Source: Candidatus Brockarchaeota archaeon
GTDB taxonomy: Archaea; Thermoproteota; EX4484-205; JAAOZO01
Reading direction: 5' to 3'
Assembly (NCBI GenBank): GCA_017601145.1
Contig: JAFNIV010000005.1
Span: forward strand, 3,815-67,814
DNA length: 64,000 nt
In this document: piece after piece, positions 1 to 9,747 of the stretch
Layout of the letters: each line of letters begins with the position of its first letter
Position numbering within the stretch: position 1 is the first letter of the stretch
Notes under the pieces: model-generated
Told to the model about the DNA's origin: nothing
The model's input: only the letters and a program-made list of their open reading frames with translations
The model's database searches: none
Position numbers and translations under genes: made by a program

Positions 1-186
1 ATACCATGTTAACAAAAGGTTAGAAAAAACGTTGCCTGCTAATATCACCATTAAAGTTGCGCCTACGTAAAAAGGAGAATAACCTAGCAAGGCTAAGTAA
101 ATTGGGGTCATTATACTAACAAGTCCAAAAACAAAAACTCTAAACGCCTTTGCTATAATTATGAAAGAAACATCGCTTTTAGACAA
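1..186 (-). CDS. MFS-type transporter, N-terminal part only (gene runs off left edge)
   Basis: Own translation of the minus strand from TTG at 186, which follows an in-frame TAA: MSKSDVSFIIIAKAFRVFVFGLVSIMTPIYLALLGYSPFYVGATLMVILAGNVFSNLLLTWY. It shows hydrophobic helices in an MFS-like N-terminal pattern. It is absent from the ORF track because the window truncates it. Confidence 0.4.
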   Translation of the reverse strand, partial: MSKSDVSFIIIAKAFRVFVFGLVSIMTPIYLALLGYSPFYVGATLMVILAGNVFSNLLLTWY

Positions 187-536
187 TTTTTAACTCAACC
201 TACAAAAAGTACTATATTTAAACGTTTTACATAGAAATCTTGGTCTTTGTATCGCTGAGAAGAGGAGGAATATCAACACAGATGTTTTTGGTGCTATTCG
301 TCTCGCCTTTCCAAGATTGTCTACTCCAATGTTTTGACCTATCATCATTGCTGTGACTTCGATTAGCCTGAAAGCGCGGTGTCAACAATATTCATTATCA
401 CAAAGCCTATTGTGACATCATACAATAAGCGCCGCGTTAATTATGCTAGCGTGAGCTAGGAGTTTAACGTCAGAGTTTAAGGAGCAAGTAATCATCCTAG
501 TAATTCTTAAGTATTCTCGGCTTCTAAAAATGTGTT

Positions 537-932
537 ATGGTTGAGAGAAGCGCGGACTGGATTAACCAAGCTGAGGGTGATTTAGAGCATGCGAAGCATG
601 ATTTGAAATTCGGTTTTTACGATTGGGCTTGTTTCTCTGCACAGCAGTCAGCTGAGAAGGCTGTTAAAGCAGCACTTCAAAAACTGGGTGCTGAGGTATG
701 GGGACACTCAGTCTACGATCTTCTAACGCATCTTAACGAGAAAGAACCCATTAGCACTACACTATTAGAGTATTCTCTAGAACTCGATAAAGCCTATATT
801 CCTATAAGGTATCCTAATGCTCACCCTTCCTCTTCACCGAGGAGACGGTATACTGGAGGAGAGGCAGAGAGGCTGATTAAGTATGCAGAAGAAATACTCG
901 AGTTCTGTAAAAGTCTTCTTTCCAAAGTTTAG
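537..932 (+). CDS. HEPN domain protein (toxin-like partner of the adjacent nucleotidyltransferase)
   Basis: 131 aa. It has the HEPN helical pattern with IRYPNAH (R-x4-H) near the C-terminus. It overlaps and is co-oriented with an MNT gene. Confidence 0.8.
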   Translation: MVERSADWINQAEGDLEHAKHDLKFGFYDWACFSAQQSAEKAVKAALQKLGAEVWGHSVYDLLTHLNEKEPISTTLLEYSLELDKAYIPIRYPNAHPSSSPRRRYTGGEAERLIKYAEEILEFCKSLLSKV

Positions 933-1236
933 CCTTGAGGATGTCGAAAGAGAGGTAGGCAGAGTAGTCTTACTTTTATCTGAAACTTTAGCTTTGAAAA
1001 AGGTTGTAATCTTCGGCTCATACACTAAAAAGCGGTACACCGCGGGGAGCGATATAGACCTTCTCGTGGTTTTCGACGATACAAGGTGCGCGAAGGACGA
1101 CGTGTATAAGACTCTAATGAAGAACATTAAGCTGCCGAGACTAGAGCTGCACATCCTACCTTTAAGAGAGTATCAGGAAATCAAGGATTCTAAATGGCTT
1201 AAGACAATAGATGAGGAAGGAATTAGAATTCTGTGA
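883..1236 (+). CDS. minimal nucleotidyltransferase (MNT, pol-beta superfamily)
   Basis: 117 aa. Contains the motif FGSYTKKRYTAGSDIDLLVVF (G-S...D-x-D). It overlaps the HEPN gene by 50 nt. Confidence 0.8.
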   Translation: MQKKYSSSVKVFFPKFSLEDVEREVGRVVLLLSETLALKKVVIFGSYTKKRYTAGSDIDLLVVFDDTRCAKDDVYKTLMKNIKLPRLELHILPLREYQEIKDSKWLKTIDEEGIRIL

Positions 1237-1436
1237 TGCCCCATTGCAGCAAGTTCGACTTCGATGGCTTTCACAAACCTACTTTTTATTATTTTTTAAT
1301 CCTATTCTCTAACTCTCCACTTCTATAATATAATGGCATCTAAAATACTCTGTAACTGAAACATTGTTTAAAAATTAAAATAAAGAAAGTCAGTCCAAAG
1401 TTATCGTTCAAGTTGTAATTCCAAAAAATGAAGCTA

Positions 1437-2426
1437 TTAGTAACTTGGATAATGGCAAGCCACAAAGTGACCCTTTTCTAATTCTACTAGTTTTGGCTCT
1501 TGAGTTAAACATTTCTCATTTGCGTATGGACACCTTGAACTAAACCTACAGACATTATCTTTGTAGTTTGGAGTCAGCTCTCCTTTTATCTTTAACTCTC
1601 CTAGATTCCTTATCTTTGTTGTTAAGACTGCATCCATTAAAGCTATTGTGTAAGGGTGTAATGGGTGGTCTATTATGTCTTGAGTATCTCCACATTCTAC
1701 AATTTTTCCCAGATACATAACATAAACTCTGCTTGTAAGATAACTTGCAGCCGCTAAATCATGTGTAATTAGCAACACAGATAGTTTCATTTCTTTTTGT
1801 AGACTCTTTAAAGTATTAAGCACACCAATTCTAAGTGAAGCATCCAACATAGAAGTTGGTTCATCTGCAACTAAAAGTTCAGGATTCAAAGAAAGGGCTC
1901 TTGCAATTGAAGCTCTTTGAAGTTGACCGCCAGATAGTTGGTGAGGATATTTGGATAAGATAACTTCTGGAGGATTTAAACCAACTTTTGATAGCAAGTT
2001 TATCGCAATTGAAAACCTTTCTTTATAACTGTTAACTAAGTTGTGTACAACTAAAGGTTCAGTAATGTTTTCGAACATGTTTAGCCTTGGATCAAATGAA
2101 GTGTATGGATTTTGGAAGATCATTTGGACTTTTCTTCTAAATTCTTTCTTTCTATTATTATGAATAATGTTGTTTCCTTCAAAAAGTATTTTGCCATCTG
2201 TTGGTTCTTCTAAGAGTAGTAACAATTTCCCTAAAGTCGTCTTCCCCGATCCACTTTCTCCAACTAAACTTACTGCTTCTCCTTTTTCTATCCTTATGCT
2301 CACTCCATCTACTGCTTTTACATAGCTTTTCTGACGTCTTATTATTCCTCTGCTTATAGTATACCACTTTTTTAAATCTAAAGTTTCTATTATTGTATTG
2401 TTCAGAGTCATTTTTGTGTCACCCAT
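1437..2426 (-). CDS. oligopeptide/dipeptide ABC transporter ATP-binding protein (OppF/DppF-like)
   Basis: 329 aa. Walker A GESGSGKT, signature LSGGQLQR, Walker B LLVADEPTSMLD, and a C-terminal Cys motif CRFSSRCPYANEKC. Confidence 0.9.
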   Translation of the reverse strand: MGDTKMTLNNTIIETLDLKKWYTISRGIIRRQKSYVKAVDGVSIRIEKGEAVSLVGESGSGKTTLGKLLLLLEEPTDGKILFEGNNIIHNNRKKEFRRKVQMIFQNPYTSFDPRLNMFENITEPLVVHNLVNSYKERFSIAINLLSKVGLNPPEVILSKYPHQLSGGQLQRASIARALSLNPELLVADEPTSMLDASLRIGVLNTLKSLQKEMKLSVLLITHDLAAASYLTSRVYVMYLGKIVECGDTQDIIDHPLHPYTIALMDAVLTTKIRNLGELKIKGELTPNYKDNVCRFSSRCPYANEKCLTQEPKLVELEKGHFVACHYPSY

Positions 2427-3384
2427 ATAAAAAGCAAGCTACAGAATGCTCGTTCTTTACTTTTGTGAGTCTTGGATTTTCGTTTTTACACCTTTGAGTG
2501 GCAAATGGACACCTAAAATAGAATACGCAACCTGAAAAATTTTCAAAATTTTGTATTTTGTTATCTTGTTTTTCAACGATCTTTAAATCTTCTTTTTTTA
2601 TTCTGCCCACCATTAGTTGAACTTCAAAGAGTGCTTTAGTGTATGGGTGCATTGGTTCCTCTAGTATAGACTGCGTCTTTCCTTCTTCAACAACTTGACC
2701 ATTGTACATTACTAAAACTCTTTGGCTGATATTCACGATTACAGATATATCATGACTTATTATGATCATTGAGAATTTTATTTTATCTTGAAGTTCCTTC
2801 AGTTCCTTAAGAATTTGATATTGAGTAACAACGTCTAAGCCAGTTGTTGGTTCATCTGCTAAAATTATTTTCGGTTCACATAGTAACGAAGTAGCAATTA
2901 AAACTCTTTGTCTCATTCCACCAGAAAGTTGATGTGGATACTTGTCTACAATGTTTTCTCCTAAGTTAGAAATAGTCAGTTTTTCTTTTATTATCTCTAA
3001 AGCTTCTTTCTTCTCAATACTTGGATTGTGCAATTTTAAAATATCATACAGCTGGTCTCCAATTTTGTGTACTGGGCTAAGAGAATTCATTGAATTTTGT
3101 GGAACTATCGAAATTTCCTTCCATCTAATGGAATTTAACATACTCTCACTTAAGTTCAGAAGGTCTTTATCTTTGTAGATAATTTTTCCATTTCTAACTT
3201 TAGCGTTCTTTGGAAGGGCCTTCATTATTGTTAATGCGAGCGTAGATTTTCCAGAGCCACTCTCACCAAGAATGCCAAGAATCTCGTTGTGACTTAAGCT
3301 AAATGAAACATCATTTAAAGCTTCAATTTTACTATTCCAAGTCTTATATTCAACTGAAACTTTGCATACTTCAAGTAAACTCAA
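2419..3384 (-). CDS. oligopeptide/dipeptide ABC transporter ATP-binding protein (OppD/DppD-like)
   Basis: 321 aa. GESGSGKST, LSGGMRQR, ILADEPTTGLD, and C-terminal CVFYFRCPFATQRC. It overlaps the next ATPase gene by 8 nt. Confidence 0.9.
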   Translation of the reverse strand: MSLLEVCKVSVEYKTWNSKIEALNDVSFSLSHNEILGILGESGSGKSTLALTIMKALPKNAKVRNGKIIYKDKDLLNLSESMLNSIRWKEISIVPQNSMNSLSPVHKIGDQLYDILKLHNPSIEKKEALEIIKEKLTISNLGENIVDKYPHQLSGGMRQRVLIATSLLCEPKIILADEPTTGLDVVTQYQILKELKELQDKIKFSMIIISHDISVIVNISQRVLVMYNGQVVEEGKTQSILEEPMHPYTKALFEVQLMVGRIKKEDLKIVEKQDNKIQNFENFSGCVFYFRCPFATQRCKNENPRLTKVKNEHSVACFLYG

Positions 3385-3387
3385 ATG

Positions 3388-4257
3388 CTAAGCACCTCTC
3401 TCCTCAAGTCTTGGATTTAGTACAGTAGCTAAAGCATCTCCAATCATGTTTAATGATGCGACAGTTATAACTATAGCTAAACCCGGAAAGAATGCGATCC
3501 ACCAGCTTGAAAAAATGTAAATACTTCCATTATAGATCATCTTTCCCCAACTAATTAGGTTTGGGTCCCCAAGACCAAGAAAGCTCAATCCTGCTTCTAA
3601 AAGTATTGCTGATGCTACTTGCAGGATTGAATTTGCAATTACAGGTTGAATGGCATTTGGTATGAGATGAATGAACAATACACGAGATGCGCTTGAACCG
3701 ATAACTTTTTGTGCGTAAATGAATTCTCTCTCCTTTAAGCTAAGCGTTTGAGCTCTAATTATCCTTGCGGTAGAAGGCCAAGTAGTCAGTCCAATTACTA
3801 GTATAACGTAGTAGATACTACTACCATATATAGACGCTATTAACAAAATTAGAAAGAATGCTGGAATCATGAGAAATATTTCTGTTATCCTACTTATAAC
3901 TTCATCAAACAATCCTCCAAAATATCCTGCTATAGAGCCTAATATTATTCCTGCTAAAGATGATACTAAAGCTGCTCCAAACCCAACACTCAACGAAGTT
4001 CTAGTTCCCCAAAGAACTCTACTAAGCACATCTCTACCAAGTTCATCAGTTCCAAATAGGTGCGCAAGGCTAGGAGGCATGAAGCTTCCGAACTGAATAG
4101 AATTAGGATCATATATTGGCAAGAAAGGTACAACTACAGCTACTAATAGAATTATTAGGAGCGAGTAAAGCCCAATAACGCCTCCCTTATTTTTCTTGTA
4201 CTTATTCCAAAAATCACGAACACTCTCTAATAAGTTCTTATTTTCATGAACTTTCAT
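3388..4257 (-). CDS. peptide ABC transporter permease (OppC/DppC-like)
   Basis: 289 aa, multi-TM, binding-protein-dependent permease pattern. Supported by its position in the operon. Confidence 0.85.
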   Translation of the reverse strand: MKVHENKNLLESVRDFWNKYKKNKGGVIGLYSLLIILLVAVVVPFLPIYDPNSIQFGSFMPPSLAHLFGTDELGRDVLSRVLWGTRTSLSVGFGAALVSSLAGIILGSIAGYFGGLFDEVISRITEIFLMIPAFFLILLIASIYGSSIYYVILVIGLTTWPSTARIIRAQTLSLKEREFIYAQKVIGSSASRVLFIHLIPNAIQPVIANSILQVASAILLEAGLSFLGLGDPNLISWGKMIYNGSIYIFSSWWIAFFPGLAIVITVASLNMIGDALATVLNPRLEERGA

Positions 4258-5224
4258 TTGTGTACTTCACTCTTGGATCTAATAGAACATAAAGTATGTC
4301 TACAAAAAAGTTTGCAAAAGCAACAGTAATAGAAGTTATTAGGTAGATCCCCATGATTAAAGGATAATCTCTACTATAAACTGCTCCTAATAGTAACCTT
4401 CCCATTCCTGGCCACCCAAAAACAATTTCAACTAATACAGCCCCAGACAAAATGTATCCTAAGTGGAGAGCAAAAACAGTAACAGGTGGTAACAAAGAGT
4501 TTCTGAGAATGTACTTTCTAAAAAGGTCTGATCTGTTCATCCCTGCCATTGTGAAAGTTAAAGCATAATCTTCAGAACTTTGTTCAACTATAGAATTTCT
4601 AGCTATCTTGTAATACACTGGAATTTGTATTGCTGTTAAAGTAGATATTGGCAAAATCGAATGTATCAAGATGTCAATAGCTAACAATAATCCAGTATTT
4701 GCCGCTCTTACATCTGTCATTCCGGAAGTTGGCAACAATCTTAACCCAACTCCAAATACCCCAATAAGTACTAACCCTAGCCAAAAAGAAGGAACAGAGT
4801 ATAGAACTAGCATTGCATTAGAGACTATTATATCTTCCTTTGAGAATGCATTTTGTGCACTTCTTACAGCAAGAAGTAATCCTATAACGAAAGCTAATAT
4901 TGAACTTGTTAACGTAAGCATTAAGGTAATTGGTATTCTTTCTGCAATAAGTGATAAAACAGATTGACTGTATGTAAAAGAGTACCCAAAATCTCCATGA
5001 ACAACGTTAGAAACATAGCTAATGAGACGCTCATAAATTGGTTTGTTAAGGCCCCATTTCTGTCTAACTGCTTCTATGTATTCTTTCGTTGCAAGTTCTC
5101 CAGCCATTATTGACGCTGGATCTCCTGGAGCTAAGTTGATTATTAGAAAGTTAAGAATTAGAACTATAAAAACTATAAAAAATAGCTGGATAATTCTCCT
5201 TAGGAGGTACTCTTTCCAGCCCAT
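4244..5224 (-). CDS. peptide ABC transporter permease (OppB/DppB-like)
   Basis: 326 aa, multi-TM. The N-terminus YLLRRIIQLFFIVF is typical of OppB/DppB. It overlaps both neighbouring genes. Confidence 0.85.
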   Translation of the reverse strand: MGWKEYLLRRIIQLFFIVFIVLILNFLIINLAPGDPASIMAGELATKEYIEAVRQKWGLNKPIYERLISYVSNVVHGDFGYSFTYSQSVLSLIAERIPITLMLTLTSSILAFVIGLLLAVRSAQNAFSKEDIIVSNAMLVLYSVPSFWLGLVLIGVFGVGLRLLPTSGMTDVRAANTGLLLAIDILIHSILPISTLTAIQIPVYYKIARNSIVEQSSEDYALTFTMAGMNRSDLFRKYILRNSLLPPVTVFALHLGYILSGAVLVEIVFGWPGMGRLLLGAVYSRDYPLIMGIYLITSITVAFANFFVDILYVLLDPRVKYTNESS

Positions 5225-6936
5225 TTTTTCAGCAATCCTCTTTTTATGGCAATTCCAAGTATGATAACACCAACAACAACTACAGCTATTGTAAGAGCAT
5301 TACTTTTTAGAAAAGTTATATACTCTGGCTCTATCGACTTACCTTTTTCCCACCAAGTTATTGCGTAACTGTTGTAGTTAACTTTTCCGCTAGATTCCCA
5401 AGGTAAGCCATGAAATTCTTTTTTCCAAATGTAAAATGCAACAAGATCTACTAATGGCAAATAGGCTAAGTCTTGTACAAAAACCTCTTGAGCTTTCCAG
5501 TAAAGCTCTTTTCTTGTTTCAAAGTTGGTTGTAGTTGAAGCATTTTCAAGAAGTTTTAGATACTCAACATTAGAATAGTTTGCAAAGTTTAAGTAAGCTC
5601 CTAGTGCAAACCTTGACCTCATGTTGTCAGGATCTGGTCCCTCAAAGCCATCACATAGTGCAATATCAAAGTTTCTTTCTCTTACTACCTTTTGCTCCCA
5701 TGTCCCTATTTCTAGTCCTTCCAAAGTAACATCTATTCCAATTTTCTTTAACTGTTCTTTTATTATCACCCCTATTGCCTCAGTTTCTGGACCAGTAGTA
5801 AAGTATGTGTACTTTATCGATAATTTTGTACCATTAGGCGTAACTCTTATACCGTCTGAACCTAGCTTATAACCTGCTTCATCAAGTAACTTATTTGCCA
5901 AACTTACATTATATTCTGGTAATTTTGCGTTAGGATTAAATGCCCACTTTATTGCAGGCACATATCCACCTTCAGCAGGAAAGCCATAGTTATATAGAGC
6001 TTTTTCAACGATGTACGTTCTATTTATGGCATAAGCTATCGCTAATCTAAGAGTTTTATCGTTAAACGGATACCTTAAAAGGTTAAAGCCAAGGTACCAC
6101 CTGCTTGGCACTGGTCTCATTATAACTATGACTCCTGAAGTTGAGTTTAGTTTTGGGATTTCGGAAAATGGAGGTCTAACAGCTAGAACGTCTCCTTCTC
6201 CAGCTAAGAACGAACTTAAAGCAGTGTTTGCATCAGGAATAATTTTGAATACTAACTTATCAAGGTAGGGTCTCCCTTTAAAGTAGTTGTCGTTTGCTTC
6301 TAAAGTTACATGATCTCCTTTCACCCATTCCACAAATTTAAATGGTCCAGATCCAATTGGTTTTTGTAAAGCAGCATTCTTTGGATCCATCCAGTCAGAA
6401 AAGTTTTGGTATATATGTTTTGGCATTACGAAGGTGCCATACCAGGCAAGAAAAGATAAGAATGCAGCAAATGGTTGTTTCAGAACGAAACGAACAGTGT
6501 AGTTATCAACTACGTCAATGCTTTTTATGTTACTTGCCTTTATCCAAGAGTATGCAATTCCTTTACTCTTGTTTATTGTTTCAAACGTCCACTTAACGTC
6601 CCAAGCAGTAACAGGAACTCCGTCATGCCACGTTGCATTTTTATAAAGGTAGAAAGTATAAATTAGACCATCAGAAGAGACATCCCACTTATAAGCTAAG
6701 TCGGGAATGATGTTATAGTCAATATCAAGTGTAACAAGTTTATCAAATAAGTTTTGGAATATAGGAAAACCCATATCGTCAACTTGAGCATCTGGATTAA
6801 AGCTCTTTGGATCTCCTACCTGTATGACCACTAAAGTACCACCTAGCTTTGGAGTAAGTTCTTGGCCAATGACTTGTGGTGAGATTAGCGAGGTAGTTAA
6901 TATTAGCACTATAATAACTTTAAAAGATATTTGCAT
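5200..6936 (-). CDS. ABC transporter substrate-binding protein, family 5 (peptide/nickel type), membrane anchored
   Basis: 578 aa. It has an N-terminal signal-like helix and a C-terminal TM helix LTIAVVVVGVIILGIAI followed by a basic tail. It is the first gene of the operon. Confidence 0.85.
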   Translation of the reverse strand: MQISFKVIIVLILTTSLISPQVIGQELTPKLGGTLVVIQVGDPKSFNPDAQVDDMGFPIFQNLFDKLVTLDIDYNIIPDLAYKWDVSSDGLIYTFYLYKNATWHDGVPVTAWDVKWTFETINKSKGIAYSWIKASNIKSIDVVDNYTVRFVLKQPFAAFLSFLAWYGTFVMPKHIYQNFSDWMDPKNAALQKPIGSGPFKFVEWVKGDHVTLEANDNYFKGRPYLDKLVFKIIPDANTALSSFLAGEGDVLAVRPPFSEIPKLNSTSGVIVIMRPVPSRWYLGFNLLRYPFNDKTLRLAIAYAINRTYIVEKALYNYGFPAEGGYVPAIKWAFNPNAKLPEYNVSLANKLLDEAGYKLGSDGIRVTPNGTKLSIKYTYFTTGPETEAIGVIIKEQLKKIGIDVTLEGLEIGTWEQKVVRERNFDIALCDGFEGPDPDNMRSRFALGAYLNFANYSNVEYLKLLENASTTTNFETRKELYWKAQEVFVQDLAYLPLVDLVAFYIWKKEFHGLPWESSGKVNYNSYAITWWEKGKSIEPEYITFLKSNALTIAVVVVGVIILGIAIKRGLLKKWAGKSTS

Positions 6937-7201
6937 TTTCGACTCTCACCATTTTTATGACGATAAAAAAAAGATATATTTAACAGTATTGTTATTTATG
7001 TAACAAAGTAGACATATAAAGTTATATACAGAACAGTTGTTGAAGGCAACATGCTTTTAAATGCATATGATTGTTTATGTCGCCAATAAAATGGAAAAGT
7101 TCACAAAAAGGAAAAATAGCTTATCTTAGTGATCAACAATATTAACTAGTGTTTTGTCATTTATGTCAGCTTTTGACTCTCTGATCAAATTATCTTGACC
7201 A

Positions 7202-8575
7202 TCAAGTATTCTTTAGTTGAACATATAAAGCAGTATACAATCCTGCAGCTAGTTGAATTTTAACCAACTTATCCAAAGGTATAACGGTGTAATTTAACTC
7301 TTTTTCAAGTTTTTCAGCTCTTTGCTCTAATTCTTCTTCTATACTCTTTAAAGAAGTCTCGATTGTGGTATTCCCATTTGATTCAACTTCAATTTTTAAC
7401 ATTCTGTATGTCATCCCTAGAGTTAATAGTCTATAAAACTCTGAAACTTGATAATTATCGAAATTTTCAGCTATTGTTGCTTTTCTTTCTAATTCAGGAG
7501 CAGTTTTAGCCCATTTTTCTTCTGCAGCTATTGAGTCCAAGAAGGTTCCCAAATAGTACTCAACTGACTCCCTGAATCTTGAAAAAAATCTTAATTTATC
7601 GTTAACTTTTTCATAAGTATTTTTTATTAGTTGGTAAGCTTCTTTTGATTTTTCAATGTTATCTAGTACAGCTTTTCTTCTACAAACTTCTGATGGTCTA
7701 GTATCTTCAATCCGCGAATCATAGTAGTACGGTACTTCAGTTACAAGTTCAAAGACATTAGGATTAAACATTCTAGCGTAATCAAAGCTAGAAGTTCCAG
7801 TTTTAATTATTTCAGCAGGATCTTTGTTAGTGTATTTCTTTAGATATTCATAATTTTCTGGTGTTGAAACCATATGATATATTGCTGGTGCAAACATATA
7901 CGCCCAAGGTACTTCTGGCTCACCTAAAGAAAGGGGTACATTGTAGTCTTTAGGAAACTTCTGGTATATCGGAAAAAGAAGAGGCGCCTCTTCAGTAATG
8001 TAGTAGTACACTCCTCCGAATCCAGCATTGTGAAGACTGTATACAAAATCAGGCTTATATTTTTCGATTAAGTTTATTAGAGCTTTAGTTTCTGGTAGAG
8101 GATCATTGAACTTTAAGGTTTTGTACTCTATTGGGAATGTCCACTCTACTTGCTTATTACCTGCGGGTCTATAATAATTTTTTGCATAATTAAGTATAGT
8201 GAATGGACCCTTAAGCCAACCACTATTTAATCTTAGACCATCTTTATCTGCCACTTTAACTATATACCATGTATAATCAAAAGTCTCTCTTAACTTGTTG
8301 TTTTTAGCTAATTCCCAACTTAGGTATTCTAAAACCAAAGTACCAACTGGCTCATTAGGGTGAGGACATCCAAATAACAAAGCTTTGTTCTTACCTTCAC
8401 CTATTCTTAAGGCATAAATCTTGTCTCCTCCTCTAGTTACTCCAACATCCAAAAGTTTCACTACATCTGAATACTTTTCAGCTAAATCTATAGAAGATCT
8501 GTCAAGTTCTTCTGGAGTCATAAAAACATTATATTTTGGTACATTTTCGATGGCCTCACTTAAGGTATCTAGCAT
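7202..8575 (-). CDS. M14-family zinc carboxypeptidase-like protein
   Basis: 457 aa. It has H-x-x-E in FGCPHPNEPVG and a later SLHNAGFGG (second zinc His context). No signal peptide. It lies next to the peptide uptake operon. Confidence 0.6.
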   Translation of the reverse strand: MLDTLSEAIENVPKYNVFMTPEELDRSSIDLAEKYSDVVKLLDVGVTRGGDKIYALRIGEGKNKALLFGCPHPNEPVGTLVLEYLSWELAKNNKLRETFDYTWYIVKVADKDGLRLNSGWLKGPFTILNYAKNYYRPAGNKQVEWTFPIEYKTLKFNDPLPETKALINLIEKYKPDFVYSLHNAGFGGVYYYITEEAPLLFPIYQKFPKDYNVPLSLGEPEVPWAYMFAPAIYHMVSTPENYEYLKKYTNKDPAEIIKTGTSSFDYARMFNPNVFELVTEVPYYYDSRIEDTRPSEVCRRKAVLDNIEKSKEAYQLIKNTYEKVNDKLRFFSRFRESVEYYLGTFLDSIAAEEKWAKTAPELERKATIAENFDNYQVSEFYRLLTLGMTYRMLKIEVESNGNTTIETSLKSIEEELEQRAEKLEKELNYTVIPLDKLVKIQLAAGLYTALYVQLKNT

Positions 8576-8948
8576 TTCTTACGTTCATAGCAAATTAAGT
8601 TGTATATAAATGTTCGTGTTTTTGAAGATAATTGAATAGCTTAAGATACTTAGCCTTCAACTGTAAGATTCAGGAGACTAGGATTTCATAGGTCTAAACG
8701 ATTTCTTATTTAGAGCTTAGCAATAAATTTCCTAGTGTTCTTTATGAAGACAAACACAGATGTACCATAATTTTCTGTTTTGATTTTTTAGTTTCTTTTT
8801 GATCTTTCGTTAACTTTTAAGCTTACTATATTTATTTAATATTAGAGCTTACATAAACTACTCGCTAAAGATTCTAGTGCTCTATTTGTAATTAAGAGCT
8901 TTAACGTAAGCTTTTTAAATAAAAACATAACATAAGTTATGATGAAAA

Positions 8949-9716
8949 ATGGACAGAATAAAAATTGCAGTTCAAATGTATTCAATCAGAGACGATTGTG
9001 CGAAAGACTTCCGTAAAGCTCTTGAAGCCGTAGCAAACATAGGTTACGAAGGCGTAGAATTTGCAGGCTTCTATGGATGGAAAGCTGAAGATCTAAAGGA
9101 ACTTTTAGATGACTTAGGCTTAGAAGTAGCAGGCGCGCATATAGGAATTGATACACTGATGGGCGAAGAATTAAAGAAAACAATTGAGTACCATAAAGCT
9201 TTGGGTAATAAAAACTTAATAGTTCCTGGATTGCCAGAGAATATGAGAAACAGCAAAGAAGCTTGGCTTAAAACTGCTAAACTGTTTAATGAAATTTCAA
9301 AAAAAGTTAGTTCCGAAGGACTTAGAGTAGGGTATCACAATCATACAGTAGAATTTCAAAAATTTAATGGAGAAACTGCTTTTGATTTATTCTTTAGAAA
9401 TACAAATCCGGAAGTCATAATGCAACTTGATATAGGCCACGTAATGCGTGCAGGTCTAAGTGCAAATGAAGTATTGGAAATCATAAAACGTTATCCTGGA
9501 AGATTAAAAACAATACATCTTAAAGAGTACTCAACCATGGACCAAAATGCGCTAATAGGAGAAGGAGAAATAAAGTGGAAAGAACTTCTTAAATTATGTG
9601 AAACTATTGGCAAAACAGAATGGTATGTAATTGAGCAGGAAGCCTATAAGTATTCTCCAATTGAATGTATAAGAATTGATCTAAAGAATCTAAAGAGGTT
9701 ACTTGAAGAAGTTTAG
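8949..9716 (+). CDS. sugar phosphate isomerase/epimerase (xylose isomerase-like TIM barrel)
   Basis: 255 aa. Pattern: IGYEGVEF...GYHNH...DIGH...IHLKE... Confidence 0.8.
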   Translation: MDRIKIAVQMYSIRDDCAKDFRKALEAVANIGYEGVEFAGFYGWKAEDLKELLDDLGLEVAGAHIGIDTLMGEELKKTIEYHKALGNKNLIVPGLPENMRNSKEAWLKTAKLFNEISKKVSSEGLRVGYHNHTVEFQKFNGETAFDLFFRNTNPEVIMQLDIGHVMRAGLSANEVLEIIKRYPGRLKTIHLKEYSTMDQNALIGEGEIKWKELLKLCETIGKTEWYVIEQEAYKYSPIECIRIDLKNLKRLLEEV

Positions 9717-9747
9717 ATAAGATGCTCTTTTAAGTATTTTTTTGTTT

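Noticed and set aside
2942-3178. Many 60-125 aa ORFs antisense to or nested in long genes. Examples are 834..1154, 2179..2367, 2942..3178, 3869..4096, 4671..4967, 5621..5872, 9761..10081, 15400..15777, 18726..19106, 24170..24850, 30218..30646, 51845..52198 and 60072..60389.
   Set aside because: They lie fully inside well-supported genes on the opposite strand or in another frame. Their composition is low-complexity (S/L/F/I-rich) and they carry no motifs. These are typical shadow ORFs of AT-rich DNA.
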